Positions 11,164-20,960 are shown, numbered from the stretch's first letter. The stretch is DNA of 64,000 bases from an uncultured Chloroflexia bacterium (GCA_963700285.1 CAVOXA010000014.1:416001-480000); one strand, 5' to 3'. Numbers and translations are program-made. Notes: generated by a model from the letters alone, not told the origin.

Positions 11164-12612
11164 CTACAGGAGAATATTGAACCTGGCCCTGATGCTGGAC
11201 TCCACGCCGGGCGCTAGTGGCTTCGGCTCGTGCTCACGGAGCAGCGTCGTCGCACGGGCAGCGGCTCGTGCCCGGCTGTCCTTTTTGCCCGCCAGCTCCC
11301 ACGCTGCCCGGTTCTGACGGTCTGCCAGAAGTGGGTGGAAGAGTTCAGATCTCATGAACCGCAGCGTGTGGCCGTCCATCAAAAAGTGCCCGCCAGGACC
11401 GACCCGGTCAATGGCATCGACGGCCAGAGCGTCGTCGGTGACATCCATGCCGCGCAGCACGCGCATGGCCATCCCAACCATCTCATCATCAAGGACAGCC
11501 TGCTCCAGCGAGGCTGCGTTCATGTTGGTGATCATGGCGACGGCATGGTGGATGTAGTTGCAGCCGCCCATTGCCGCCAGCATCAGGGTCGCCATCTTTT
11601 CGTAGCCGGCTTGAACGTCGGGAAGCTTGCTATCGGTCATACCGCCCGAGCCATAGATGGGCACCCGATAGCGATGGGCCAACTGTGCCGCAGCAGCCTG
11701 CATCATGCCGAACTCGACAGCGCCGCCGAGGTAGCCGCCGCTGCGCAGGTCAACCACGCCAGGGATATAGCCTGCCAGCACGGGTGTGCCGGGGCGCACG
11801 AGTTGGGTAAGCACGATGCCGCTCAACTGCTCTGCGTTAAGTTGTACCAGCGTACCGGCCAAGGTCACGGGCGAGGTAGAGCCGGCCATTGGCGCAGACG
11901 ACAGGACCACGGGCAATCCGTGTTTGCACCACTCGATGAGAATATCGGTTACGCCAGTGTCCAAGTGCAGAGGACTGACCATCCAGCTCGTGACCGCCGA
12001 GACAATGGGACGCGCCCGCAATGCCTCCAGACCTCCAGCGATCAGGCTTGCCAGTTCGACAACCTGGCCCGCCCCCACCACCGATCCGGCATGGGTCTGG
12101 ACGTTGCTCATAACGTGCTTGGTGCTGTTGGCCAGACAGGCATGAAAGCGATTGACCGGCGCGTCCTCAGGGGGAACGTCGGTGGGCTGCAGGGGGATTG
12201 TGATAAAGTCACAATGCTCCAGGGCATCAGCCAAGAGGGCCAGTTGCGCGAGATCGCGCAGCGTCCCAGGCCGGACGGTGTCCGCACCCAGATCGAGGAC
12301 CATCGTCGGCGAGCCGCCAGTCCCGGCATAGACCCGCTTTCCCTCCAACAGCACGTCTTGACCGGGATCTCGGCCAGCCAGCAGAACCGTGGAAGGAACG
12401 GTAACCAAGGCCGCTTCGACCATGGCCGGCGTGATGTATACCCGGGTACCATCGATCCTTGCCCCACCCCGGCGGTAGAGGGCCAGCGCGGACTCGTTCT
12501 CAACCTGGACGCCCGTGCGCTCCAGTACGGCCAGCGAGGCATCGTGAATGCGCCCCAGTTGCTCCTCGGTCAACGGCTGGTACTGTCCACCCACGGGACC
12601 AGGTCGTCCCAT
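11164..12612 (-). CDS. MttB family methyltransferase, non-pyrrolysine
   Basis: SAPMAGSTSPVTLAGTL, GSGGMTDSKLPDVQAGYE and VGPGGHFL. ATG 12612 follows gggagg. Confidence 0.92.
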   Translation of the reverse strand: MGRPGPVGGQYQPLTEEQLGRIHDASLAVLERTGVQVENESALALYRRGGARIDGTRVYITPAMVEAALVTVPSTVLLAGRDPGQDVLLEGKRVYAGTGGSPTMVLDLGADTVRPGTLRDLAQLALLADALEHCDFITIPLQPTDVPPEDAPVNRFHACLANSTKHVMSNVQTHAGSVVGAGQVVELASLIAGGLEALRARPIVSAVTSWMVSPLHLDTGVTDILIEWCKHGLPVVLSSAPMAGSTSPVTLAGTLVQLNAEQLSGIVLTQLVRPGTPVLAGYIPGVVDLRSGGYLGGAVEFGMMQAAAAQLAHRYRVPIYGSGGMTDSKLPDVQAGYEKMATLMLAAMGGCNYIHHAVAMITNMNAASLEQAVLDDEMVGMAMRVLRGMDVTDDALAVDAIDRVGPGGHFLMDGHTLRFMRSELFHPLLADRQNRAAWELAGKKDSRARAAARATTLLREHEPKPLAPGVESSIRARFNILL

Positions 12613-12736
12613 GCACTGCCTCCCTGGAAACAAGTTTCGTGCGCCCCGGTATCGCGTTCACGGGGCCCATGTCTCAAGCCTCACGCTCAACGTCCGAAGC
12701 TTGGCGGCAACGGTTTCGCTTTCGGCGGTCTGCACC

Positions 12737-14182
12737 TCACGCAGACCGCCGTCGGAGCACCTCCGCGATGGCTTCCTCGGCGCTGGGTAGCAGGGGAGGT
12801 ACCTCGTGTTGGGCCAGGATCTCGCGAGCGCGCTCGTTGGCCCTGGTCGTCATGTCCTTGCTACCCTGCTTCACCCAGCGATCATAGCGCATCCTGTCGA
12901 TCAGCATGGGCTGCCACTGCGCCCACTTCCAATTGTCCAGGGTGTGGTCGTCGGCCAGGAAGCCGCCACCGGGCTTGGCCCGATGGATCGCCTCGCGGGC
13001 CAGGGTTCGGTCGCTGACCTCCACACCGCCCATCATGTACCGGACGTCACGTATGATCTCGTCGGCGATGACCAGCATCTCCATGGAGGAGGTGGTTCCA
13101 TACTCAATGTAGCCTACATCGTGGACCAGGTTGCAGCGACTGAGAAAAGCCGACATGATCGTGACCGTCGCCTCGATGCCAGCCTGGGCATCGACGACCT
13201 TGCTATCTGTGGCGCCTGCACCTCCCCAGACTGGTAGACCATAAAAGCGGCCCAGATCGGTGAAGGCAGGCATGGCCATGGCCCACTCGGGGGCGCCATA
13301 ACTAACGATGGCCGACTTCATATCAAGCGCGGCGATGTTCATGCCATATAGGAAGGGGGTTCCCGGCCGGATCAACTGGGTCAGTACCAACCCGACCAGG
13401 CATTCAGCGTTGCCCAGGGCCAGCGCTCCAGCTACCGTGATGGGACCACCGCCGCCGGTATTGGGCGACGGCGGATAAGTCACGGGGATGCCCTTCTCGG
13501 CGCAGAACATGAGCTTGTCCACCGATTCATCGTTGTAGAGCAGGGGCGAAATTGATTCCGCATAGAGCATCATGAAGGGCTTCTCACGCAGTTCTGTCTC
13601 TCCACCGACCACGGCACAAGCGATGCGATAGATGTCCTCCATGTCCGCCCGGTCCACGGCTGTGTAGATGTTGGGCTTGGCAGAGCCCCGAATCATCTGC
13701 ACAAAGCTATGCAGGTAGTGATCCAAGGTAGGAACATCTGATGGCGTGCCCATCGACATGACGAAATCGATCTGTTCCAGACCATCACACAGGTGGGCGA
13801 TGCGCCACACATCGCCGGCGACAGCCCGGCGCCGTTCACCGGTCTCCACGTCGATAGTAAAGGGGCAGTCAGAACCCGGACCGAAGAAAACCTTGCCCTC
13901 CTCCAAAGGCATGGTCAGATCGCCAAGACGATTGTGCATCGGTATGCGTGACGGGGCAGCGGCGATGGCATCTATCACCGCCCGCTCGGGGATCTTGAGC
14001 CGACCCTCTGTTTCCCAGGCGCCAGCCTCAAGCAGCAGTTTGCGGCCCGACTCATTCTTCATTACGATGCCAGTTCGTAGCAGGATATCCAGGCTGGCAT
14101 GGTGAATGGCCAAGATCTGTTCTTCGGACAACATCGAGATGGTGGGATGCACCGTGGGTACAGGGAACTGCTCAATCGCCAT
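12737..14182 (-). CDS. MttB family methyltransferase, non-pyrrolysine
   Basis: AESISPL, YGLPVWGGAGATDSK, NLVHDVGYIE and KPGGGFL. ATG 14182 follows ggagg. Confidence 0.92.
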   Translation of the reverse strand: MAIEQFPVPTVHPTISMLSEEQILAIHHASLDILLRTGIVMKNESGRKLLLEAGAWETEGRLKIPERAVIDAIAAAPSRIPMHNRLGDLTMPLEEGKVFFGPGSDCPFTIDVETGERRRAVAGDVWRIAHLCDGLEQIDFVMSMGTPSDVPTLDHYLHSFVQMIRGSAKPNIYTAVDRADMEDIYRIACAVVGGETELREKPFMMLYAESISPLLYNDESVDKLMFCAEKGIPVTYPPSPNTGGGGPITVAGALALGNAECLVGLVLTQLIRPGTPFLYGMNIAALDMKSAIVSYGAPEWAMAMPAFTDLGRFYGLPVWGGAGATDSKVVDAQAGIEATVTIMSAFLSRCNLVHDVGYIEYGTTSSMEMLVIADEIIRDVRYMMGGVEVSDRTLAREAIHRAKPGGGFLADDHTLDNWKWAQWQPMLIDRMRYDRWVKQGSKDMTTRANERAREILAQHEVPPLLPSAEEAIAEVLRRRSA

Positions 14183-14279
14183 AGAACCTCCAACAGACAA
14201 CAAAGAAATGCGTGGAACATGGCCACCATCTGGTGCCCATGTTTCACGCACCACAGATTCCTACTGCGTTCAGATCACT

Positions 14280-14912
14280 CTACGCCAAGCTGCGGGCCAC
14301 GTCCACGGCGCTAGCCGCGTCGGCAGCGTAAGCATCGGCCCCAATCTCCCGAGCAAAAGCATCCGTCACCGGCGCTCCACCAATCATGATCTTGATCGAG
14401 TCGCGCAGGCCCGCCTCTTCTAGGGCCTCGATGATGGCCTTCATCTGGACCATGGTCGTGGTTAGCAAAGCACTCATGCCCAAGAACTGGGGTTGGTGCT
14501 TGCTGACGGCATCGACGAAAGCCTGTGCATCCACATCGGTGCCAAGATCAATCATGTCAAAGCCAGCGCCCTCGAGCATCATCCTGACCAGGTTCTTGCC
14601 AATGTCGTGAAGGTCCCCTTTGACGGTCCCAATCACATACTTGCCCGCGCTCATCGCATCGCCTTCGGCCAGCAACGGTCGCAGCACATCCATGCCTGCG
14701 TGCATGGCCCGGGCGGCAATCAGTACCTCCGGCACAAAGAGGTCGCCGGCCTTAAAGTCCCGGCCTACCTCATCCATCCCGGCGATGAGTCCCCCTTTCA
14801 GGATCTCGGCAGGATCGATGCCTTCGTCCACAGCCTGCTGAACCAGGGCGGCGACCTCTTTATCCTCGCCGTCGTACAGATTTGAAGCGATTTTTTGCAG
14901 AATGTCTGCCAT
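14280..14912 (-). CDS. Corrinoid protein (cobalamin-binding)
   Basis: FVPEVLIAARAM cap domain, GTVKGDLHDIGKN, SALLTTTM and IGGAPV. Confidence 0.93.
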   Translation of the reverse strand: MADILQKIASNLYDGEDKEVAALVQQAVDEGIDPAEILKGGLIAGMDEVGRDFKAGDLFVPEVLIAARAMHAGMDVLRPLLAEGDAMSAGKYVIGTVKGDLHDIGKNLVRMMLEGAGFDMIDLGTDVDAQAFVDAVSKHQPQFLGMSALLTTTMVQMKAIIEALEEAGLRDSIKIMIGGAPVTDAFAREIGADAYAADAASAVDVARSLA

Positions 14913-14960
14913 CTTTTTCCTCCTCTTTGAGTTGATTCCTTATACAAGATTGACTGCAAT

Positions 14961-15001
14961 AAAAAAGGGAAACAGATCGCTTTTAGGAAAGCCTGTTCCC
15001 C
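14961..15001 (-). terminator. Intrinsic terminator inside the 5' leader of the corrinoid/MttB operon
   Basis: Minus-strand GGGGAACAGGCTTT-CCTA-AAAGCGATCTGTTTCCC hairpin followed by T6, about 50 nt upstream of the ATG at 14912. Confidence 0.7.
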
Positions 15002-15220
15002 TAAACAGAAACCATGACCAGCCACAGATTCACCTTGCCGGCGCGCTGCTCGAACGTTTCAGAAGAGAGCGGCTGCGAGGCAACGATGATTCGTTCCGCA
15101 GTGGCGATGTTTGCGCTGGATCGGTTTGCCAATTCTTCACCCTTCCGGCCTGGAAACGTGTGGCATTCAGCCGCGGCGCAGCCCACCTCATCCCAGGGCC
15201 ACGCCGCAAATGACTGGCCC

Positions 15221-15249
15221 ATTATAGGCTGTTTTTCATCCATTGTCAA
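15221..15249 (-). promoter_or_regulatory. Consensus sigma70 promoter of the corrinoid/MttB operon
   Basis: Perfect TTGACA-N17-TATAAT on the minus strand. Confidence 0.85.
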
Positions 15250-15308
15250 GTCGGTGCGCGCGCAGTCAACCAGCGTGTAGGCGGGCGGAAAACGTGGCAG
15301 CGGAGAAG

Positions 15309-15337
15309 TTGCATTTTCTATCGCTTCGCGATAGAAT
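15309..15337 (+). promoter_or_regulatory. Sigma70 promoter of the reductase gene with an overlapping inverted repeat
   Basis: TTGCAT-N17-TAGAAT. Inverted repeat TTCTATCGC-ttc-GCGATAGAA (15316-15336) overlaps the spacer and -10. Confidence 0.65.
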
Positions 15338-15375
15338 AAGGAAGGCATCGCCATCCCGGACAAGGAGCAGAACCC

Positions 15376-16386
15376 ATGAGCGCAGAACCAGCTGCACCAG
15401 ATGGATTGTACGACATCACCATCATCGGGGGCGGACCATCCGGCCTGTTTTCCGCCTTCTACGCTGGGCTCCGTGATGCCAAAACCAAGATCATCGATAG
15501 CTTGCCCCAATTGGGTGGGCAGTTGGCGGCCCTATATCCTGACAAGTACATCTATGATATCCCAGGCTTTCCCAGGGTCCTGGCCCGCGATTTTGTTGAG
15601 CGCCAGGTGGAGCAGGCGATGCAGTTTTCCCCCACGGTCTGCCTGAAGGAAAAGGTCACAGAGTTGCGGGCAGGTGGAGATGGCTACAGCGAGTTGAGAA
15701 CCAGCAAGGGAAACGTGCATCACTCCTGCGCCGTCATCATCGCCGCCGGCGTGGGCGCCTTTGTGCCCCGCACGCTGGACATTCCCGATATCAACAGGAT
15801 GGAAGGAAAAGGGGTCTACTTTTTTGTCAAGGACCTGGAAGCATTGCGCGGCCAGCGGGTACTCGTGGTCGGCGGGGGGGATACAGCCTTGGACTGGGCC
15901 AAGAGCTTGCTGGGCATCGCCAGTGAGGTCACGCTGATCCACCGCCGGGGCACCTTCCGCGCTCACGAACAGACGCTCAAAGAGATCTTGGTTTCATCGG
16001 CCAACGTCTTGCCGTTTTACGAACTGGAAGCCCTGCAAGGTGACGAGCGCGTTCGGGGAGCCACCGTTTTTGACAACCGCAGCGGTGAAGAGAAGACGAT
16101 TGAGGTAGATGCTGTTGTAATGGGCCTCGGATTCTTGGCCAACCTGGGGCCCATAAAGGAATGGGGGCTGGAAATCGTCAAGAACTCGATCCAGGTTGAC
16201 CACATGATGCAGACCAACCTATCAGGCGTGTTTGCCGTGGGCGACATCACCACCTACGAGGGAAAACTCAAGCTGATTGCCACGGCCACAGGGGAGGCGG
16301 CCACGGCAGCCAACTATGCCAAACGCTATATCGATCCCGCCACCCAGGTCTTTCCCGGACATAGCAGCCACCGGCCAGACAAGTGA
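15376..16386 (+). CDS. Thioredoxin-reductase-like ferredoxin/flavodoxin--NADP+ reductase (YumC type)
   Basis: IIGGGPSGL, GGQLAALYPDKYIYD, GGGDTALD, HRR, GDITTYEGKLKLI and PGHSS. No CxxC. Confidence 0.88.
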   Translation: MSAEPAAPDGLYDITIIGGGPSGLFSAFYAGLRDAKTKIIDSLPQLGGQLAALYPDKYIYDIPGFPRVLARDFVERQVEQAMQFSPTVCLKEKVTELRAGGDGYSELRTSKGNVHHSCAVIIAAGVGAFVPRTLDIPDINRMEGKGVYFFVKDLEALRGQRVLVVGGGDTALDWAKSLLGIASEVTLIHRRGTFRAHEQTLKEILVSSANVLPFYELEALQGDERVRGATVFDNRSGEEKTIEVDAVVMGLGFLANLGPIKEWGLEIVKNSIQVDHMMQTNLSGVFAVGDITTYEGKLKLIATATGEAATAANYAKRYIDPATQVFPGHSSHRPDK

Positions 16387-16454
16387 CCGTCGAGGCAGCA
16401 GCGAGGCCGACCGTATGAGAATCTTGTCAATCCTGGTTGTACAGGAGTGAAGCC

Positions 16455-17840
16455 ATGATGACAGAAGAAAACACTGCAGGTTGGATCCGATATCCTGAAA
16501 CAGAGGGTTTTGTGGCGACGCTGCTGGAGCATTTCGTCGAGGCACTGCCCCCGGCCGGCGCGCTGGCAACAGACCTTCTGGCGCGTACGGGCTGCCAGTT
16601 GATCGACTGGCTGGATCACCTGATCCTGGCAGGCGGCGACGGGCCCCTGGGTCAGCTGGCGGATCTGGGATTTGAACCAGAGGGCGTCGCGGCCGATCCC
16701 GGCGACACCGCATATTACCACCCTGGCGCCATCTTTCCCAGGATTGTACTGCGCAGCGAGAGTGGCGCTGAGCCAGGTAGGGTACTGGCCGCCGCAGTCC
16801 AGGTAGAGGACATCGGCTACTTCCAGATGACCCACCACATTTCCGCGCCCATTGATGGCTCACTTCTGAGCCCCTACCGGCGATCCAGGATCTGGCGGGG
16901 AGGTGGGAGGGAGCTTTGGGCCGTAGAGAGACGGGGACACCCGGGCTTTGTTCCCACCGAGATGCCCTCCGACTATCCTCAACGTTATCTGCGGGCATTC
17001 GAGCAGTGGGCCGCCCGCCCCCGCGACTTTGAGGACGAGCGACTGGGTATGGAACAAACCCTGGCCATGGCCCAGTCACTGGCCAGGGAGATGGGCCGTG
17101 ATACGGCGGCCTGGATCGCCTTTGCAGCGGAACGCGAGCACTGGCAGAGGCGCAACCGGGCAGGGCAGATCCAGAAGGCGTGCCAGGACAGCTTGGGGCT
17201 GGGCTGGGCCAATCATGACCACCATACCTTCCGCAGCTCGCGCACTGTCTTTGCCCAATTGATCGAAATCCTCGAGACCCTGGGCTTCCATCCCCGGGAA
17301 CGATTCTATGCCGGTGCCGAAGCGGGCTGGGGCGCCCAGGTGATGGAGCAGCCGGTTTGTCGTTTTGCTGTCTTTGCCGACGCCGACCTTTCGCCGGACG
17401 AGGTAGAGGGTGACTTTGCGCACCGGCCCCTGTCAGCCCGCGACGAATTGGGTACGGTCGGCCTTTGGTGCGCACTACATGGCGAGTCGATGCTGGGCGC
17501 GGGCCTGCATCACCTGGCAGGCCGGTTTGTGTTTGATGCCGTGACGGAGAACCTGGCCGCCTGGGGTATCGAGATGATGCATCCTTTCAGCGAGTTTCCG
17601 TACCTGCGGCAAGCATTCACTGTAGGAGAGCGCTGGAATGTTGCGGACCGACGGCTGGAGCGACTTGGTGCCAGCGGCCAGATTACCCCAGCGCAGCGCG
17701 AGATCTTTGCCGAGCAGGGGGCAATCGGCAGCCACCTGGAGAATATCCAGAGGGGCGAGGGTTTCAAGGGCTTCAACCAACAGAAGATCAGCGATATTAT
17801 CCGGCGCACGGATCCCCGGGCGGGTGTTGGTGGATCCTGA
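16455..17840 (+). CDS. Conserved-looking hypothetical protein, possible VOC/DUF1338-like metalloprotein
   Basis: Long intact ORF with RBS aggag. Motifs GLGWANHDHHTFRSSR, LHHLAG and HLENIQR. Confidence 0.6.
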   Translation: MMTEENTAGWIRYPETEGFVATLLEHFVEALPPAGALATDLLARTGCQLIDWLDHLILAGGDGPLGQLADLGFEPEGVAADPGDTAYYHPGAIFPRIVLRSESGAEPGRVLAAAVQVEDIGYFQMTHHISAPIDGSLLSPYRRSRIWRGGGRELWAVERRGHPGFVPTEMPSDYPQRYLRAFEQWAARPRDFEDERLGMEQTLAMAQSLAREMGRDTAAWIAFAAEREHWQRRNRAGQIQKACQDSLGLGWANHDHHTFRSSRTVFAQLIEILETLGFHPRERFYAGAEAGWGAQVMEQPVCRFAVFADADLSPDEVEGDFAHRPLSARDELGTVGLWCALHGESMLGAGLHHLAGRFVFDAVTENLAAWGIEMMHPFSEFPYLRQAFTVGERWNVADRRLERLGASGQITPAQREIFAEQGAIGSHLENIQRGEGFKGFNQQKISDIIRRTDPRAGVGGS

Positions 17841-17883
17841 GAATCGGCGACGCATCCCTATCGATTTGAGAGGAAGACTAATC

Positions 17884-17917
17884 AAGAGCCCGGGCTTTGA
17901 AAGAGCCCGGGCTTTTT
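17884..17917 (+). terminator. Intrinsic terminator between convergent genes
   Basis: AGCCCGGGCT-ttgaaag-AGCCCGGGCT (self-complementary arms) followed by a T-tract. Confidence 0.75.
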
Positions 17918-17991
17918 GCTATGTCTGGGGCAGCCTATCCAACTGCCTGGCTTCGCCACATGGCAGGATGGGAAGCCTCCGGGACCGTGGG

Positions 17992-19281
17992 CTAGCGGCC
18001 GGCTTCGGGCAGGTAGGGAGGCAAGAGCGTACCAGCAAAGATGGGCTGCAAGCGGGCAAAGCGCTGCCGACCATCGACCAACGGGATGGCGGGCCAGCTA
18101 TCGCCAATGAGGGGCCGGGCATATCGGACAAAGTCCTCGGTGACATCCAGTTGGGAGCCGGCGATCCAGCCCGCCGGGAAGGCCCGCTCCGAGTTGGCGA
18201 CCAGTTCCAGGGGTACCTTGTCGTAGCGCACGCTGTAGACGAGTCCAGGTTCGCGCAGGAGTGTGGACATGTAGCCGGAGCCATCCTCAACAGCAATCTG
18301 AGCTGCCTTTTGTCCCACCCGGTAGGCCTCCTCCAGGTCCACGGTCGAGGCATAGATCATGTTGTGTCGCTGATCCGTGCCAGGCACATTGCCCCGGGCC
18401 GAGCCACGCGCCGGCAGCCCCAGCTCATTCAGATGGTTCACGATCCTGCGCTCAACCGTCATCTGGCTGGAGGAGAATTGCACGTGACCGAAAGAGTCCT
18501 CACGCTCGCCAAGCGTCCCTACCGGAAAGCCCTCGCTGACCACGAGAAGGCAGCGTCCCCGCTCGCGCACGGCATCGTTCACAGCGTCAGCCAGTTCCGG
18601 AAGGCCCAGGTCCGACTCGGCCATCGCGATCAACAGCGGCATCTCTCGATCCGGATCGGCCAGCCGGGCGGCCGCCGGAATGAAGCCGATCTTGCGTCCC
18701 ATGGCCTGCATCACCAGCACAGGGTCGGAGGGGTAGGAACCTGCGTTTTCCTGATCGGCATTCTGTACGTTGAGCGCCCAGTAGCGCGCCACGCTGCCGT
18801 ATCCTGGCGTGTGATCGATGAGCTCAAAGCCGGCGTCGCCCACATCGTTGTCGATGGTCTTGGGCACGCCCACAGCGACGAGATCAAGGCCCCGTTCGGC
18901 AGCCAACTGGGCGACCTTGTGGGCCGTGTCCATGCTGTCATTGCCACCGTTATAAAAAAAGTAGCCCACATCGTGTGCTTTGAACACGTCTACAATTCGC
19001 TTCAAGTCCTCGTGCTGATGCGCCTTTAGTTTGTACCTGCAGGTGCCTATCGCCCCCGCGGCGGGCGTGGTGCTGAGCAGGCAAAGCTCTTCTTCCGGCT
19101 GTACTGACAGATCGAGCAGATCTTCCCCAAGCACCCCCTCAATGCCATGATAGCCAGCGTATAGCGTCCCGAAGGCGCCCGGATAGGCGCGGCAGCCATC
19201 CACGACGCCCCGCAACGAGGCATTGATGACGGGCGTTGGGCCCCCACTCTGAGCCACGACGGCGTTTTTTGGTCTACTCAT
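17992..19281 (-). CDS. pfp: Pyrophosphate-dependent 6-phosphofructokinase family protein
   Basis: AQSGGPTPVINASL, GGNDS (Asp at the PPi-specificity position), PKTIDND and MGR. Confidence 0.8.
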   Translation of the reverse strand: MSRPKNAVVAQSGGPTPVINASLRGVVDGCRAYPGAFGTLYAGYHGIEGVLGEDLLDLSVQPEEELCLLSTTPAAGAIGTCRYKLKAHQHEDLKRIVDVFKAHDVGYFFYNGGNDSMDTAHKVAQLAAERGLDLVAVGVPKTIDNDVGDAGFELIDHTPGYGSVARYWALNVQNADQENAGSYPSDPVLVMQAMGRKIGFIPAAARLADPDREMPLLIAMAESDLGLPELADAVNDAVRERGRCLLVVSEGFPVGTLGEREDSFGHVQFSSSQMTVERRIVNHLNELGLPARGSARGNVPGTDQRHNMIYASTVDLEEAYRVGQKAAQIAVEDGSGYMSTLLREPGLVYSVRYDKVPLELVANSERAFPAGWIAGSQLDVTEDFVRYARPLIGDSWPAIPLVDGRQRFARLQPIFAGTLLPPYLPEAGR

Positions 19282-19398
19282 CTGTTCAAGTCTCCTGTGG
19301 GCGAATGAGAGAGCAGGCAGATGGCGAACCACTGGATTTCCGGCACACCCTCGATCCTGTCCCCTACCGCTATGCTGATTCGCATCTCAGCGCACTCG

Positions 19399-20853
19399 CT
19401 ACGCTGTATAGGTTGTCGAGGCTGTCGCGCCCCCCCGGCCGGTCCAGTTTGTGTGAAAGAACTCACCCCGTGGTTTGTCCACCCGCTCGTAGGTATGGGC
19501 ACCAAAATAGTCACGCTGGGCCTGGAGGATGTTGGCCGGCAGACGGGCGTTGCGATAACCGTCATAGTAAGCCAGGGCGCTGCCAAAGGCCGGGACAGGG
19601 ATGCCCTGCGTGACGGCTGTGGCCACCACCCGGCGCCAGGCGGTTTGGCTGTGATCGATGGCCTCCTTGAAATAGGGAGCCAACAACAGATTGGCCAACT
19701 CTGGGTCCTGGCCGTAGGCCTGCGTGATCCTCTCCAGGAACTGGGCGCGGATAATGCAGCCTTCGCGCCACATGAGAGCAATGCCGCCATAGTCGAGATC
19801 CCAGTCGAATTCATCGGCAGCCATGGACATGAGCTGGAAACCCTGCGCGTAGGAACAGATCTTGCTGGCATACAGCGCCTGGCGGATCTCGTCAACGAAG
19901 GCATCCCTGTCTCCCTCAAAGGCCGGGACGGGGCCCTCAAGGACCTTGCTGGCCGCCACTCGTTCCTCCTTGATGGCGGACATGAAGCGGGCAAAGACCG
20001 CTTCTGCTACGGTCGGCGCCGGCGTGCCCATATCCAGGGCACTCTGGCTGGTCCATTTGCCCGTACCTTTCTGGCCAGCCGTATCCAGGATGACGTCCAC
20101 CATCGGCCGGCCCGTCTCCTCATCGACGTAGGCCATAATGTCGCGCGTAATCTCAATGAGGTAGCTGTTGAGGTCACCCTTATTCCACTCTTTGAACACC
20201 TCGTGCATCTCTGCCGGAGACATGCCCAGAAGATGAATCATCAGAAAGTAGGCCTCGGCGATCATTTGCATGTCGCCGTACTCGATGCCGTTATGTACCA
20301 TCTTCACATAGTGCCCCGCGCCATTGCTGCCCACCCAGTCACAGCAGGGGGTACCGTCAGCGACCTTGGCGGCAGTTGCCTGAAAGATAGGCTTTACGTG
20401 GGGCCAGGCTGCAGGACTCCCGCCAGGCATGATACTGGGCCCCAGCAAGGCTCCCTCCTCGCCGCCTGACACGCCAGTGCCGATATAGAGCAGACCCTTT
20501 TTCTCCAGGTAGCGTGTGCGGCGGATGGTGTCGCCGTAAAAGCTATTTCCGCCGTCGATGATGATGTCGCCCTCTTCCAGATTGGGGAGCAACAACTCTA
20601 TGAAATCGTCGACAGGCTGGCCAGCCTTGACCATGAGCATCGCCTTGCGCGGACGGGCCAGCACCGAACAGAATTCCTCGATGCTGTGGGCGCCGATGAT
20701 GTTCTTGCCCTTGGCCCGGCCCTCGATAAAATGATCCACCCTGCTGACGGTGCGGTTGTAGGCCGCTACAGTAAAACCCTTGCTTTCCATGTTGAGGATC
20801 AGATTCTCGCCCATCACGGCGAGGCCAACGATGCCGATGTCTGCTTTTTTCAT
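19399..20853 (-). CDS. gnd: 6-phosphogluconate dehydrogenase, NADP-dependent, decarboxylating
   Basis: [29 protein letters not shown] and [10 protein letters not shown]. Confidence 0.97.
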   Translation of the reverse strand: MKKADIGIVGLAVMGENLILNMESKGFTVAAYNRTVSRVDHFIEGRAKGKNIIGAHSIEEFCSVLARPRKAMLMVKAGQPVDDFIELLLPNLEEGDIIIDGGNSFYGDTIRRTRYLEKKGLLYIGTGVSGGEEGALLGPSIMPGGSPAAWPHVKPIFQATAAKVADGTPCCDWVGSNGAGHYVKMVHNGIEYGDMQMIAEAYFLMIHLLGMSPAEMHEVFKEWNKGDLNSYLIEITRDIMAYVDEETGRPMVDVILDTAGQKGTGKWTSQSALDMGTPAPTVAEAVFARFMSAIKEERVAASKVLEGPVPAFEGDRDAFVDEIRQALYASKICSYAQGFQLMSMAADEFDWDLDYGGIALMWREGCIIRAQFLERITQAYGQDPELANLLLAPYFKEAIDHSQTAWRRVVATAVTQGIPVPAFGSALAYYDGYRNARLPANILQAQRDYFGAHTYERVDKPRGEFFHTNWTGRGGATASTTYTA

Positions 20854-20960
20854 CACGATCTCCTTCGCTCATACTACCTACGTACGGGTTCAAGTACGGC
20901 CGCGCAATGTGGCACACATGGTGCGTGGTACGTGAGTGCCTTCGGGCCAGGCTACACAGT

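Noticed and set aside
8400-13017. Long plus-strand ORFs (8400-9734, 11230-13017) and similar antisense ORFs elsewhere
   Set aside because: Shadow frames of high-GC minus-strand genes with no recognisable motifs.
5127-14182. Pyrrolysine (TAG) recoding in MttB genes
   Set aside because: All four paralogs have sense codons at the equivalent position, and no pyl genes are in the window.
15030-15160. Cobalamin or c-di-GMP-I riboswitch identity for the leader (GCCACTG; GGCAAACC...CGCAAA)
   Set aside because: The B12 box, GGGAA core spacing and GAAA-capped P2 stem are missing; only isolated short words match.
15001-15510. 169-aa minus-strand ORF across the leader
   Set aside because: It overlaps the reductase gene and both promoters and shows no recognisable protein features.
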